Assembly: GCA_030390025.1 (NCBI GenBank)
Contig: CM059432.1
Location: forward strand, 45,634,001-45,698,000
Source of the DNA: Squalus acanthias
Taxonomy: Eukaryota
Length of the DNA stretch: 64,000 nt
Direction: 5' to 3'
A program made the translations under genes and the position numbers. The notes below the pieces were generated by a model. The model did not search any database, had not been told where the DNA came from, and saw nothing but the letters and a program-made list of their open reading frames with translations. This document shows, one piece after another, positions 12,848 to 25,016 of this stretch; the first letter of the stretch is position 1; every line of letters starts with the position of its first letter.

Positions 12848-13099
12848 CACCCCACAGCAACACTATAAAGCATTCCTACAATGACCAGTCCATTCCTTTC
12901 ACACTGACCTCTATTGCTGGAGGTAACGTTATGTCTCATCCTTCACTCCAACTCACTCAGCCAGTTCCAAAGTTGCAGACAGAATTGGCCATGACTGCAA
13001 AGTGGTGAAAATAATAATTTTTATCTGTGACATCAGATTAATGGAAACTTCACACAAACAGCTATTAAAACACCCAAATGCTTACCCTTATGCCTCTAC

Positions 13100-15107
13100 T
13101 TGTATGCCATCTTTCTCTTACGCATGCTTCTATGAGGTGCTACCCCTGTGGCTTCAGCAGAGGTAGAGGCAGCCTGCTCACTTCCCTGCTGCAACTGCAT
13201 AGACACTCTTGGCGGATGCCCTCTGGGTCTTGGAGCCTGTGATGGCTCCGCCAAAGTCTGCTCCTCCTGTGACTGTGCAGGGGGCAGACTTGGCCATCGT
13301 GATCCGAGGAGCTATCTGGGGTTCTGACTGAGGGGGAGGCAAGGGGGGAAAAGTGTGAGTGCTTTGAGAGGAGCCCCCACTTCCATGTCCCCTCTCACCG
13401 TCATCCCTCTCCTGGGCCACCCACACTTCCCTGCTAGCAAGGAGGTGGAGAGCACCTTGCTGCACAGCAGTTGGGCCAGGAGGACCCATGTCTACTTTTA
13501 CATCCCTCCTAGAAAGGAGGTCTATGAGCATCTGCCATCTATTCTCCATAAATTCCATGTGCTCCTGTGAGTGGCGCATTAGCTGCTCCATGCAGGTGGC
13601 CATCCTTTCCCTGGAAGAGCCTACAGTTACCATCGCCTGCGACACGGTGGTGCTCATGTTGCAGATGGACTCCTCCATTCTCTGAAGATTTGCAGACATC
13701 GCGGTGGCAAAACCTGTCACAGCCTCCTGCATTTTTGCTGCACCTCCAGGATCGCCCTCTTTCTGGATGGCCCCTGAGGCTCAGCATCTGCATGCAAGTG
13801 AGCAGAGCTGGGTGCATCCTGCACCCTCCGGCAAGGAGTCTACACTGCTGTCCCTGTCTCCACCATCTCCTCTTGCTCACTTGTGACTTGTGACACACCA
13901 GGCGACAACACTACTCTATCTCGTGAGGGACCCACCAAGGTGTGCGTATCTGCGCTGTGCTGGGTGCGCTTACGTCTAGTGACGGTGCGCCCTCAGAGGT
14001 TGGAGGCTCCCCTGAGGAGTCATCTTCCTCTTCCTCCTGGACAGTGGCAGGGGGCTCTTGATAGACCTATGGGAGAGTAAAGAGATGATTTAGAAATGTC
14101 ATATCAAGACTGGGTAACAATACTATTATGCACATGATAAACATTCGCTGGCTGCTGACATCAGTCCCCATAAAGAGTCATAGAGTCATAACGGCACAGA
14201 AGGAGGCCATTCAGCCCATCAAGTCCATGCCAGCTCTCTGTAGAGCAATCCAGTCAGTCCCATTCCCCCATGCTATCCCCGTAGCCCTGCAAGTTTATTT
14301 CCCGCAAGTGCCTATCCAGTGACTGCTGTTTGCCATGTGGTTCTATGAGATGTAATTCTTTCACCAGGTTGCTGAGATGTCCCCCTCTCTCTGTCTCCCA
14401 TCGCCAGGTGCTCGGCCACTCCTGAGACTTCCAGGACGAACTCTTCTGCTGCAGTTAAGGTGGCCAATGATGGAGGGCCACCTACGGTTCTCTGTCTCTC
14501 CCTCTTACTGTGGGCTTTCTTCTCCTGTAAGGAGGGAAAGAAGAGAAGTTTGAGTGAGAGTGATGGAATGAGTCTAATGAATGGATGGGTTACATCTTTA
14601 GAGGGTCACTATGATGGAGTGGGGTGCCAAAACCGAATTGCCTCCTTGTATGTTGTTAGTTGGTATGATTGCATTAGGATGAGGGTGAGCGTGAGGGGTG
14701 GCTAGTCAGATGGGGATGTGATAATGTAGATAGAGAGAGAGAGGGATGGGTGGACGTGCAAGGTATGTTGGTGTGAGTAATGATGTGCAGGAGCAGGCTT
14801 GGGAAAGCAGAGTGATGGGGATGTGATGAGAGGCACAACAGGATGAAGGTGAGTGTTACTTTGCACTCACCTTTCCTGATCTAATGAGATAATTGAAGTG
14901 TTTCCGGTACTGCACCCAGGTCCTCCTGACAACATCCCTGCTGTTCACCTCCTCTGCAATCTCCAACCAGGCTCCTTTGGTCTGCTGGGGCGGTCTCTTC
15001 CGCCCATCAGAAGGGAAGAGGACCTCCCTGCGTGCTCTCACTCCCTCCACTAGCATATGGGGGAAGTCATCTGGGAACCTGGGAGCCCTCTGCCTCTGTG
15101 CAGTCAT
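13100..15107 (-). pseudogene. Three-exon Myb/SANT-like gene of element 2 (exons 15107-14871, about 14524-14365, about 14065-13100)
   Basis: RAPRFPDD...WLEIAEEVNS...RTWVQYRKHF SANT motif; GT/AG splice sites; exon 3 frameshifted. Confidence 0.85.
14170..14320 (-). mobile_element. Short CR1 3' end inserted in a Myb intron
   Basis: GAAGGAGGCCATTCAGCCCATC and CATAGAGT repeats are the reverse complement of a CR1 3' UTR. Confidence 0.75.
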
Positions 15108-15549
15108 GTTTCCAAGTGTTTGGAACGCTCAAATGCTGCAGTATAGTGCCTGCACAATCCTACAAATGCAATGTGGCCATGGCTCCTTTAAATATACTGG
15201 CTGAAAACGCGTCATCGATGACGTCATCAGACCTGCACTATTTAATAGGGCCGGGTAACGCACAGGGCTGCCTTAAGAGGCGCCATTAAGGGAAAGTCAA
15301 TCTCAGGAGCGGAATGAAATGAGGAACGGGGTCGCGACCCGCCACGGCGACCGCCCGCACCCGACCCTCCCAGGTACAGAAAATTCCGGCCAACATGTCT
15401 AAACTGTGACTTCCCAATCAGCAGTGTCATAAACCTGACCCATCCAAGAATGGCATGTGTACCAAGTCCAGTTTGGCTGCACGTGCACTATATTCAGTTT
15501 AAACTGATAGCCGACTCTTTCGACCATTCAATCATTACTTAAGAAATAA

Positions 15550-15757
15550 TTATGATCTGGAATGCACTTCCTGAAAGGGTGGTGGAAGCAGATTCAATAG
15601 TAACTTTCAAAAGGAAATTGGATATATATTTGAAAAGGAAAAATTTGAAGGACTATGGGGAAAGAGAAGGGGAGAGGGATTAATTTATTATCTCCTTCAA
15701 AGAGCCGGCACAGGCACAATGGGCTAGATGGCCTCCTTCTTTGCTGTATGATTCTAT
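15550..15757 (+). mobile_element. CR1 3' fragment whose tail is split by a Harbinger
   Basis: WNALPERVVEA remnant and TATGATTC tail that resumes at 16638. Confidence 0.8.
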
Positions 15758-16637
15758 GGGGAAAAATTCAGTTGGTTAGCACCTCCCATTAGCGCCTGCA
15801 GAGGGCGATAATGGGGCGCTGATGCAGTTACGCCGGGGCGAGGCAAATCCAGTGGCTCATGGCAAATCCGGACCCCCCGTTGCGCCACCTGTATGAGGTA
15901 CCGCCGGGGACTTCAACGCCAGGCAGATTGTGACATTAGTGAGCGTGCAACGCTCACTGGGTACCCGATCTGCAAAATTCATTCTGGCCACTTACCTTTG
16001 CGCCTCGACCAGACAGCGACAGGGAGAGCAGGCACACAGCTGCAGGACGCAGGCTCCAGGGACATTATTTAAAGGCATCAGCATTAATCACTCGCAGATG
16101 TCAGAGCAGGTTAGTTTCAGTGGTTTCTTTTCAGTTTCAACTAGTGGATTACTTTGTATGAATAATTTCAAGGTTTTTTTATCAGCAGTGTTCTGGCAAG
16201 TGCAAAGTGCCTACATTTATTGTTCAAAGATTCAAACTGCTCTACTTGGCAACATTAATAGGGGCTGTACTGGCATGCCACCTCACCCTCCAGGATCTAC
16301 GGCAGAGAGAGTGTAGGCAGCCAGAAATACGGGAACATGTGCACAGAGGGATGAGGAGGGACATCGGGGCTCTCACCAGGAGGCCTTACCCTCCGAGGCT
16401 ATTCTGACAGCACCTCTTCTACCTTCAATTAAGCGAGGAGCAGCGTATTACAAAGCTCTGCATCACCAAGGTGTTGGTCACAGAACAGGCCTTTAAGACT
16501 TGATTTAGCGCCCCAATCATTTCTTTGAGCAGTGAGAATGAATTTTGCGTGCAGTCTAAAGCATTAGCGCCTAGCGTTAATTCGCAAACTTTTCTAAAGA
16601 TACCGCCTATTCCTGGGCTATAATGAATTTCTAGCCC
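15758..16637. mobile_element. Internally deleted non-autonomous Harbinger
   Basis: Ends GGGGAAAAATTC / GAATTTCTAGCCC, TSD TAT; retains a transposase N-terminal remnant (RPYPPRLF...LSEEQ) at about 16380-16485. Confidence 0.85.
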
Positions 16638-16649
16638 TATGATTCTATA

Positions 16650-17965
16650 AAAACATAGGAATGTACAAGACTGGATTGTACAGAACTGCAAAACACCATT
16701 GCAATCCACCTTACCAGTCCCAGTGTCTCGGAAACAACATATCCCTGGATACCGCTCATATCCCATTGTCACATTTTTAGCCAGGTACTTCTCCAACTTC
16801 ACTGCTACAATCAGCCCCACTGCTTCTCTTGACAATCCATTCCATACCTGCACCACTCTCTGCTTAAAGTAATCCCACCAAAGTTTCAGCGAGAGTTCAA
16901 GAGAACTCTTGTAGAATTTCATGGCCTCTGTGACTAAGTTAAATGTATTGACGTTTATAAACAAAAAGCAAAAAACTATAGATGCTGCAAGTCTGAAACA
17001 AAAACAGGAACACTCAGTAGGTCTCACAGCATCTGTGGAGAGAACAGAGGAGTTAACATTTCAAGTGTTCCTTTTAAATGTTCGGTTCCTTTTTAAATGC
17101 TGCTCATCTCTAATATCTTCCAGTTTTGACAAAGGGTCTACACCCAAAACATTAAATCCTCTATTCTCTCCACCTATTGACATTTATCTTGTCTATACCA
17201 TTTAGGATCTTGAATACTTCAATAAGGTCATACCTGAGTCTTCTCTTCTCCAATGTAAACATTATCAGTATTCACAGCTTCTCTTAGCAACTCCTAGGTA
17301 TTAATTTTATTGCCCTTCACTGCACCATCTCCAGTGCCTGGATGTTGTTCTCATAATACAATGGCTAAAATTGTCACAGTAGTCCAGGTGAAACTGGACC
17401 AGCACTCTTTACAAACTCAGAATCACTTCTTGAGCTTTATGCTCTATTCCTCTGGCTATACCACCTAAGATCCTATTTACTCTCTTTACTGCTGCTGTAC
17501 CCTCTGCTAATGGCTTCAGCGATCAATTCGCCAGAACCCTAAATCCCACTCCTGTATTACACCATGTGGAAAAATACTATTTAGCTTATACTGCCACTGT
17601 TTATTATCCTTTCCCAGTCTCATAACTTTACATTAGCCCACATTAAATGACATCTGCGACTCGTCAGCCCAGCTCCCAATCTATCCAAGTCCTCCTGTTG
17701 CTGTTGTCTGTTGCTTGCATTCCGTCCCAAAAGGATATCATCTGAAAACCTGGAAAAGGTTGTTTCAAGTCACTTATTTACACTTGTTAAAAGCAACGGC
17801 CCCAGCACTGATCCCAGAAACACCCCACTAATTACCTCCATCCACACCAATCCAGCTGCATGTACAACCATCCATTTCTTTCTCTGCTTCAGACAATTTT
17901 TGATCAGAAGATGTGCCTTTTAACCTTGTTTACCAATTTCCTATGTGGCACTGTGCCAAAAGCTT
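16650..17965 (-). mobile_element. Old CR1 LINE fragment with a nested Penelope-derived inverted segment (about 16960-17175)
   Basis: Minus-strand FKQRVVQVWNGL and KAFGTVPH remnants. Confidence 0.7.
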
Positions 17966-18006
17966 TGATGAAATATGAATAAACCTTCATTCATCACTTC
18001 CCCATT

Positions 18007-20543
18007 CTTGGCAGGGGCATGGCTGAGCCTTTGGCCAGCGACGGGGCAGAATGTATACAAGATGCTGGTATCCTCATACGTTATCCTCCTTCTCGCATGC
18101 ACCTCTCGCTTTCCTGGTCTCCCCTCACCACAACTCTACCCTTGTGCCTTCCTCATTTCACACTCCCAAGAAATGCAGCCTGCCCAGCCAGTGGTTGACC
18201 AAGAAGAGGGAGAGGAGAGAGAAGAAGAAGAAGAAACACTGTCACTCGATTTCACACTCTCAGCCACCAGCTCCTCAAGGTCAACCTGCAAGACCATTTG
18301 CAGTGTCCCCCACTGAAAGTCAGTAGCCTTCCACCAGCCATGCTGCAGCCACTGGGGTAGCACTGCGTGACATCAGTAGGATAGGCAAAGGTGAAAACAA
18401 TACAGTCACTAAGGGAATGCATAAGGGTGATGAGTTGATCTTTTGATGTCATATTGGATGGATAGATGTATAAAGTTGGATTGGAAATTTTGCTTTGTGG
18501 TGGCTTTTATTTCAGCATCGTGGCCAAGAGGACGCTGTGATGGTCAGTAACAGAGGGAAGGTAAGGTGTGGGGCTAATGTTGAAAGGGGAATTGCGATTG
18601 TGGTCACTGGGACCACAGGCGGATGGCTCCATCCCGAATGTCCCAGCCAGAAAGCGGCTGTCTGAGTTGCATCCTTCCTCCTGCTTCCTCCTCTTCGGCT
18701 TCCTCCCCTTCGGCTTCCTTCTCTTTGTAAGATTCTTAAAATTCACAGATCCCCCAAAGCTAGAAGAAAACCCTAAGGAAAATGACTTTGGACTCTTTCT
18801 AACAAGCTTCAGGATGATAAAATACGTATTGGGCCTAACAGAGGGAGATTCAAGGTCGGAAACCAAGATTTGGCATTTTTAAAAGGCATGCTGGGCCTGT
18901 AAAGGGAGAAAAGGCTGCAACAGGGAATGGGATCAACCTCTGTTAAGACAGTTTGGGTATTGGAGTAAATCAAATTGTCTGGGGAATTGTGTGACCTCAC
19001 TCAGCCCCTGTCAGACATTAACATCCTAACAATCGACCCACGGAGGAGCAGTCCTCACCCAAAACACAGGACCCATCCAAAACATGCATAATGCAAATCA
19101 CCTCGCCAACCTACATAGAAATCTTGGGCTCAGACAGGATACTCGAAACCTGAGTATAGCTATGACAATTAACTAGGAGCTCAACAGCTCATTGAATAAT
19201 CAGTACAGCATCCCAAAACCATTTTACACATTTCTAATCAAGTTACCATTAACGAGCCCACCCAAATCAAACAATAAACCAGGACTGATTTGGCGCGCAG
19301 ATTAGAAGGCCCCTCAAAGTATAATTGAAGGCCTGTTTTCTCAAGAAGTCAGTTCTCTCTGGAAGCAACACACAAGAAGAAACCGGAGCATCGAGACGGG
19401 GCAGCATTCTACCGTACACCCAAGGTCAACAGCTTCAGTGACCCAGGACATCATCGGACACATCGCGGCAACAAGAGCCTTACGAAACTACCAACAAAAT
19501 ATTACCACCAACCAACCTGGTAATATCGAGCCACCGCGACCAAAGAAAAACAACTCAGGAGAAAACCGAAGATTCGAAAGTTTTCCACTCTGCAATCTAT
19601 TCCTGACTTACCCCCGGGTAAGATTTTTACTTAAAAGGAACTCTGAACCCTATCTCTACAGAAGGAAAGTGGGTACTCACCCCATAAATCCAAAACGTAC
19701 CCTACCGCATCAGCGGACTCGCGAAGACTGACCAGCAGTCAAAGTCCTCTACCACGTCCGGGGTACGGCAGATGTACCAACACATCCAGCAAACCCCGAA
19801 ACCGCGAACCAGCTCAACTGTCAAGGATTCGTTTGGTGAGCATTATCCCTGGTCCTCTAGAGTTCAACTTCGCTAGGAAGTGGGATCGGGAGGGGTGAGG
19901 TATGTTCTACTGTATTTCCCTCGTATGTATTAAAATGTTCCCCATTTTTATTAGAGTATAAGATTGTTGTGTTGTATTTTCTTTCTTGAATAAAGATCAA
20001 AGTTTCTTGCACCAAAACCAGTTGTCTGCTGCACTTTTGTCACAACCCCCAAATAAGCCCAAGGTCTAGAATCAAGGGAGTGGGAGCGATTCGAACCGCT
20101 CATAAGTCAGTGGTGAGGCTGACCCACACACCACCCCCTACATCTTTGGCTTCCTCCCCTTCGGTTTCCTCCTCTGCTGTTTCTTCCGTTTCTGTGTCTT
20201 CCTCTTCCCTCTGTGAGCGGATGCTGTAAATCTGAAATGACAGCATAAAATGCTGGAAATACTCAGCAGGCCAGGCAGCATCTGGGTTTACCTGGCGTGG
20301 TTATGACCTAGCGCCGCGCTAGGGTCAAAGTTCGCCGTGGTGATGTTAATTCGGCATTTAATGCCAACTGATGTCACCACTACGTCTTTGCAGGGCGATA
20401 ATACTTAACAGCAGCACTAGTGGGCCTGGGAAAATGGAGTACACCGCGGAACCCACCACCAGCTGGTGGAAGAGTGACCGCTGCCGCTTTCTCGACATTA
20501 CACCGCGTTAACGGGTGGCACAAACCACGCGAATATCTAGGCC
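18007..20543. mobile_element. Truncated inverted copy of the non-autonomous Harbinger at 30710-32915, split by a solo LTR
   Basis: 18007-18720 and 20143-20543 match the reverse complement of about 32060-31340 and 31380-30710; right end GAATATCTAGGCC. Confidence 0.8.
18726..20142 (+). mobile_element. Solo LTR (1417 bp)
   Basis: TGT...ACA ends, TSD TCTT (18722-18725, 20143-20146), TATAAT near 19320, AATAAA near 19990. Confidence 0.88.
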
Positions 20544-20885
20544 TTTACCCCTTAAATTATAAAAATTAGGGCAAACACACCCATCCAGGATTATTTCTTA
20601 GTTTGTAGAAGGATTGGGCCTTTTCTGGGGCCTCCAAAGAACTCATGGCAACTCTCAGCCGGTGACAGTTCTGTTGAGGCCTAACGCAACCTGGGTGGAA
20701 TTTTGTACACTGAGCCTTTAAAATATACTACAGTAAAAATTCTGCTTCTAAGATCTCTGCAGCACTATTGCAGTCATGATGAGCTTCACAATGTATGTAT
20801 GTAGACGCGAGAGGCACAGAATTCTCTAGGGATACCAATGCTAGAAGAGTTAACAACTAGTAAAATTCCAAGACAAAAATACATT

Positions 20886-21629
20886 GGCCCAAAAATTTGT
20901 GTTGATACGCGAGAGTACGCACTGTGTACTCTCGCGTATTCTGTCTCCAATTGCCGGTTTTCTGCATGCACTGCGCATGCGCTGAAAACCGGCACTTGGT
21001 GAATGGAAAAGGGGGCGGTTCCTAGGTGAACCGCGTGCGCGCTACAGGCTGTGCGCATGCAGTGCACTTAGTGGTTTCAACGCGCAGGTAAGTATGGAAG
21101 ATTTTGCACATAAATAAAGGAGGAGTAAGACCCACTTTTAACAAGGTAAGTAGTGAATTAAGTATTATTTTGAATTTTTTTTAACAGGTATATCTTTTTT
21201 AGAGACTTTAAAGACAGGTAAGTTTATTTTTATAACTTTTTAAAAGATTTTAAATTTTTTCAAAAATTTAATTTTTTATTTAAAATGGTTAATTTATTTA
21301 ACTATACATATTTTATTAATGTGATGGTTTTTTTTAAAAATTTAATTGAGGTTTAGCTGGTCTTTTGGGGGGCTATAGTATTCATAGCTTTCACAGCACT
21401 TATGTGAAAGTTATGAATGGAAGATGGTGTGCTGCCATTGGCTCTAACTGAGTCACGTGATCCCACAGCTCGCACGAATTAACTGCGCCTGTGGGATACG
21501 CAAGCCCAGCACAGCAGCTGTCCAGAACATCAAGTTCGTGCGAGCTGGGAATGAAAAAGCCAGCGCACAGTGAGAGATCGCGGGGAAGCCTTACCCTCGC
21601 ACGAAGGCTTCCTCATGAATATTTGGGCC
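20886..21629. mobile_element. Harbinger/Tourist-type MITE
   Basis: TIR GGCCCAAA(A/T)ATT, 3-bp TSD ATT, GC-rich subtermini and AT-rich core. Confidence 0.8.
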
Positions 21630-21881
21630 ATTTTATTCGATAGTGCTACGGGGAGGTAATGACACTGAATAAAATATTTATTATATTAATGCCTATTGTG
21701 TTTCTGTTCCAAAACCACTGATTTTATAAAAAAAAGTGGCAAGAAGGAAGTGTGTCACACAATGCCAGACGTTTTGTCATCTTAGTACAGTACTAAATGT
21801 AACTCCTTGGTCTCTCACAGTTATTGATAAATAATATCAATATTCTGACAATCACAAAACCCTGTAACAGGCATTGCTCAC

Positions 21882-21908
21882 CTTCACTCTGTCGCCACTT
21901 TTAATTGG
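21882..21908 (-). CDS. Candidate 27-nt coding exon of an unidentified host gene (PIKSGDRVK)
   Basis: Acceptor TATTTAG, donor AAG|GTGAGC, phase 0-0, in non-repeat sequence. Confidence 0.3.
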
Positions 21909-22224
21909 CTAAATATTAGTTTAGAAGATTACATTTGAACTTTAAAACAAAATTCTGGGCATGGTCCAGTCTGACCACACTGAGTAAGCAGTCAGCAGTT
22001 TTCTAACCGGTTGAATCAGCATTCACTCTCCCAGACAAATTACAACACTTGCCTTCTCACCCACATATGACAGCATACACATTTGCATACTGTTGTCCCT
22101 ATTTCCAAAACTATTTTCAGATTGACTTTTATTCAGGTTGTACTCACAAGGGGTAATTTTACAAATTTGCTCCCCGTGGTGGAGCCTCGCCTATATGGAA
22201 AATTGCGTGGAGTAAGTGCTCCAA

Positions 22225-22680
22225 GTCCCGTTCGCTCATCACCCCTGTGCTCGCTGACCTACATTGGCTCCCGGTTAAGCAGCGCTTCGATTTCAAAATT
22301 CTCATCCTTGTTTTCAAATCCCTCCATGGCCTCGCCCCTTCCTATCTCCTTCAGCCCCACAACCCCCAAGATATCTAATTCTGCCCTCTTGAGGATCCCT
22401 GATTATGATCGCTCAACCTTTGGTGGCCGTGCCTTCTGTTGCCTAGGCCCTAAGCTCTGGAATTCCCTGCCTAAACCTCACCGCCTCGCTACCTCTCTTT
22501 CCTCCTTTAAGACGCTCCTGTAAACCTACCTCTTTGACCAAGCTTTTGGTCACCTGCCCTAATTTATCCTCAAGTGGATCGGTGTCAAATTTGTTGTCTT
22601 AAAATACTCTTGTGCAGCCTCTTGGGACGTTTTACTATGTTAAAGGCGCTATATAAATACAAGTTGTTGTTGCTGTTGTT
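22225..22680 (+). mobile_element. L2 LINE 3' fragment
   Basis: ITPVLADLHWLPVKQRFDFKILIL and KLWNSLP motifs; tail GGCGCTATATAAAT plus GTT repeats. Confidence 0.88.
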
Positions 22681-23198
22681 GAGTGCCTGACATAAATGCC
22701 CAGCATGCACAGCTCCATTCATGAGTTTTGAGGTGCACAATATTACCAAAATATTTGTGAATGAAAATGGACACTGAATGCAATTTCCCTTGTAAAGGAT
22801 GTCTCACTGATCGTTATAAATGAATTTAATCTCACAGATAAATATAGGTTACTGCTTTGAAAAGCTCCAATTGATCATTACAAATGAATTATCACTGCAA
22901 GCAGAGATCACTAAAACTGAGTTCCTGTGTATTGAGGCAATGAGCTCCATGCAGGCACGGCACCCAATACTCTCCCCTCCTTTCCTGAAGGCAACAACTC
23001 ATGTTGAGATATTTTACCACAGGCATGGGCAGCCCTCCAATATTTTACCAAAGTGCTCCAAGACAGAATGAGTAATTTTAACCTATCCCACCCGGCGGGA
23101 ACGGAGCGGGCTCAGGTCGGACACCCGTTTTACACCCGGCCTGATTTTGCGCTCCATTGACTTCAATAGGGCCAGAGTCAAACAGAAGCCTTTTTTAC

Positions 23199-23287
23199 CG
23201 TAAATAACTCACTGAAGAACTCTTTTGTGTTTGCCTCGTCCTCCAATAGCAGAAGAATAAAGGACGTATCAGACTGCGCGACTATAG
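23199..23287 (-). CDS. Candidate 89-nt coding exon of an unidentified host gene (IVAQSDTSFILLLLEDEANTKEFFSELFT)
   Basis: Pyrimidine-rich acceptor ending TATTTTATAG, donor ACG|GTAAAA, open in phase 1-0, CpG retained in an AT-rich context. Confidence 0.45.
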
Positions 23288-23856
23288 CTATAAAATACAG
23301 ATTTATTAAAAGGAAAAAGTAAACTGTAGCAAAAAACAGACTTCACTTGATTACAGAACTTTTGATTGATACCTCCTTGGATATGTGAAGATAATAAAAC
23401 GTAACAGTTTGCTAACTCTCTTCATAAAACTAAACCTGGACCAGTGCCAGTTACATAACTTATATGTGAGGTTTTGCTCACCAACACAAAATCTCCAATC
23501 TTTGCCTCAATTGGCTCGGAAAGAATTGATGAACTGGGAGAAGGCTGTCACATTTATACACTGAATTGGCAGCTCTTGGTTACAGAGCTACCAATCAAGT
23601 GGACTTCCAAGGATCAGGACCCTGTCGCCTCAGAAAACTGTCTTAAGTCTTTTATCCATCCCCCGGACAAAGCCAAGCTATGTTATCCTTGTTAGCAAGT
23701 ACACTGATATGACAAACAATCAGAATTAATCTAGCTTCATCTAGGTAAGCAAAATTAAGTGATTTTGTCATTTATGTGAACTTAGCAAATAACCCTCAGT
23801 AAGTCATCAATCAGGATAGCAGTGATCGTCTGCTTTTGAAGTGACATCTTACATAC

Positions 23857-23876
23857 CAGACAGCAGTGTGTATCCT
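23857..23876 (-). CDS. Candidate 20-nt micro-exon
   Basis: Acceptor TTTTCTCCCTCCATATTTAG, donor CTG|GTATGT. Confidence 0.3.
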
Positions 23877-25016
23877 CTAAATATGGAGGGAGAAAATCAT
23901 CAGAAAGACCCAGACAGCGAACTGAGCGCAGGGAATGGTTACGTTGAATAGGCCTCTTTTACATCAGACCAGCGAGCTGCAGACAACTGCTGGCCGTCTC
24001 CAGGCATGTCGCCGGTGAAATCGATTTGAATTTTGCGCCGCTTTGTTGCTGGCTACGGTCCACAGGTAGGTCTTAGTAGAGAGGGGGAAGCAATTGGGAG
24101 GGTGGGAGCGATCGGGAGAAGGAGGGAGGCAGCAATGGGGTGGAAGGCAATGGAGAGGGTGGAAGCCGTGGCTGGCAATGGCCTGTGGTTTAGACGTGCA
24201 GTCGGGAGGAGCAGTTCTGCAACTCCTGGCTGCCCAATCAGGTTAAGTATTTTTTTAAAAAACGTGCCTTTTTTGTGGTGGCCTGCAGCGGTCCCTTAAA
24301 GACTACTGGTTAGGCTGCATGTAGACCTGGTTTTCTTGAACACAGCTAGCCCAATTTTACAAAGGGGGTCTCAGACAGGCATTATTCCCCTTTTTGAATA
24401 CGCAAGTGTCTAACGCCTCTTTCAGGCATGGGCTCTAGTCGCCTATTTGACGCCTATACCAATATGGCTGTTGGCGCACTTCTGGCTTAGAATGTGCCAT
24501 ATTGGATGGTTTCATGGCTGTTTTATGCTTGCAAAATGGGCACAGCATCATCGAACTTCTCGGCCTCTTTCTCAGCATGCAGTCAGCAAATTTAAATTAA
24601 CTAACAACATCTCATAAGTAAATGTTAAGAATATATAGACTTTCTTTTACAATTAGAAGCACAATAGAACGACCTATCTGTTGTGGTCATGATTTCTGGA
24701 TTTCTTTCATTAACACTAATGAATTTCTACTGCATAAAGGCATCGGCCGGGAAATTGGATGTGGCCCAAAAATAGGTGGTGTCACAGGCCAGCGCTATTT
24801 GCCTGCGCTCGTTCAAAGTGGTGCAGGCAGCATGCAGAATTTGTGCGGCCTGCTCATTACAATGATTGGAGCGCTGCTGATAGGCTTAGCGCTCAACGGG
24901 GGTGCTAATATCGGGTGCAGTCTAATGGCCAGTAATGTTTGGCCTAGGTTTTCTGTACTACTTAAAGGGGAGGTGCTTTGTTGCAGAAGCACCTCATTGT
25001 CAGTGTGGATGAAGAC

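Larger units (their letters stand above)
11060..15391. mobile_element. Full-length defective PIF/Harbinger transposon (element 2)
   Basis: Perfect 15-bp TIR GGCCGGAATTTTCTG at both ends; flanks AAA/AAC; convergent transposase and Myb genes. Confidence 0.93.

Noticed and set aside
16425..17027. 200-aa ORF
   Set aside because: Chimeric read-through across Penelope, CR1 and Harbinger fragments.
23481..23543. Additional minus-strand exon with a GTGAGC donor
   Set aside because: Weak acceptor and phase incompatible with the neighbouring candidate exons.
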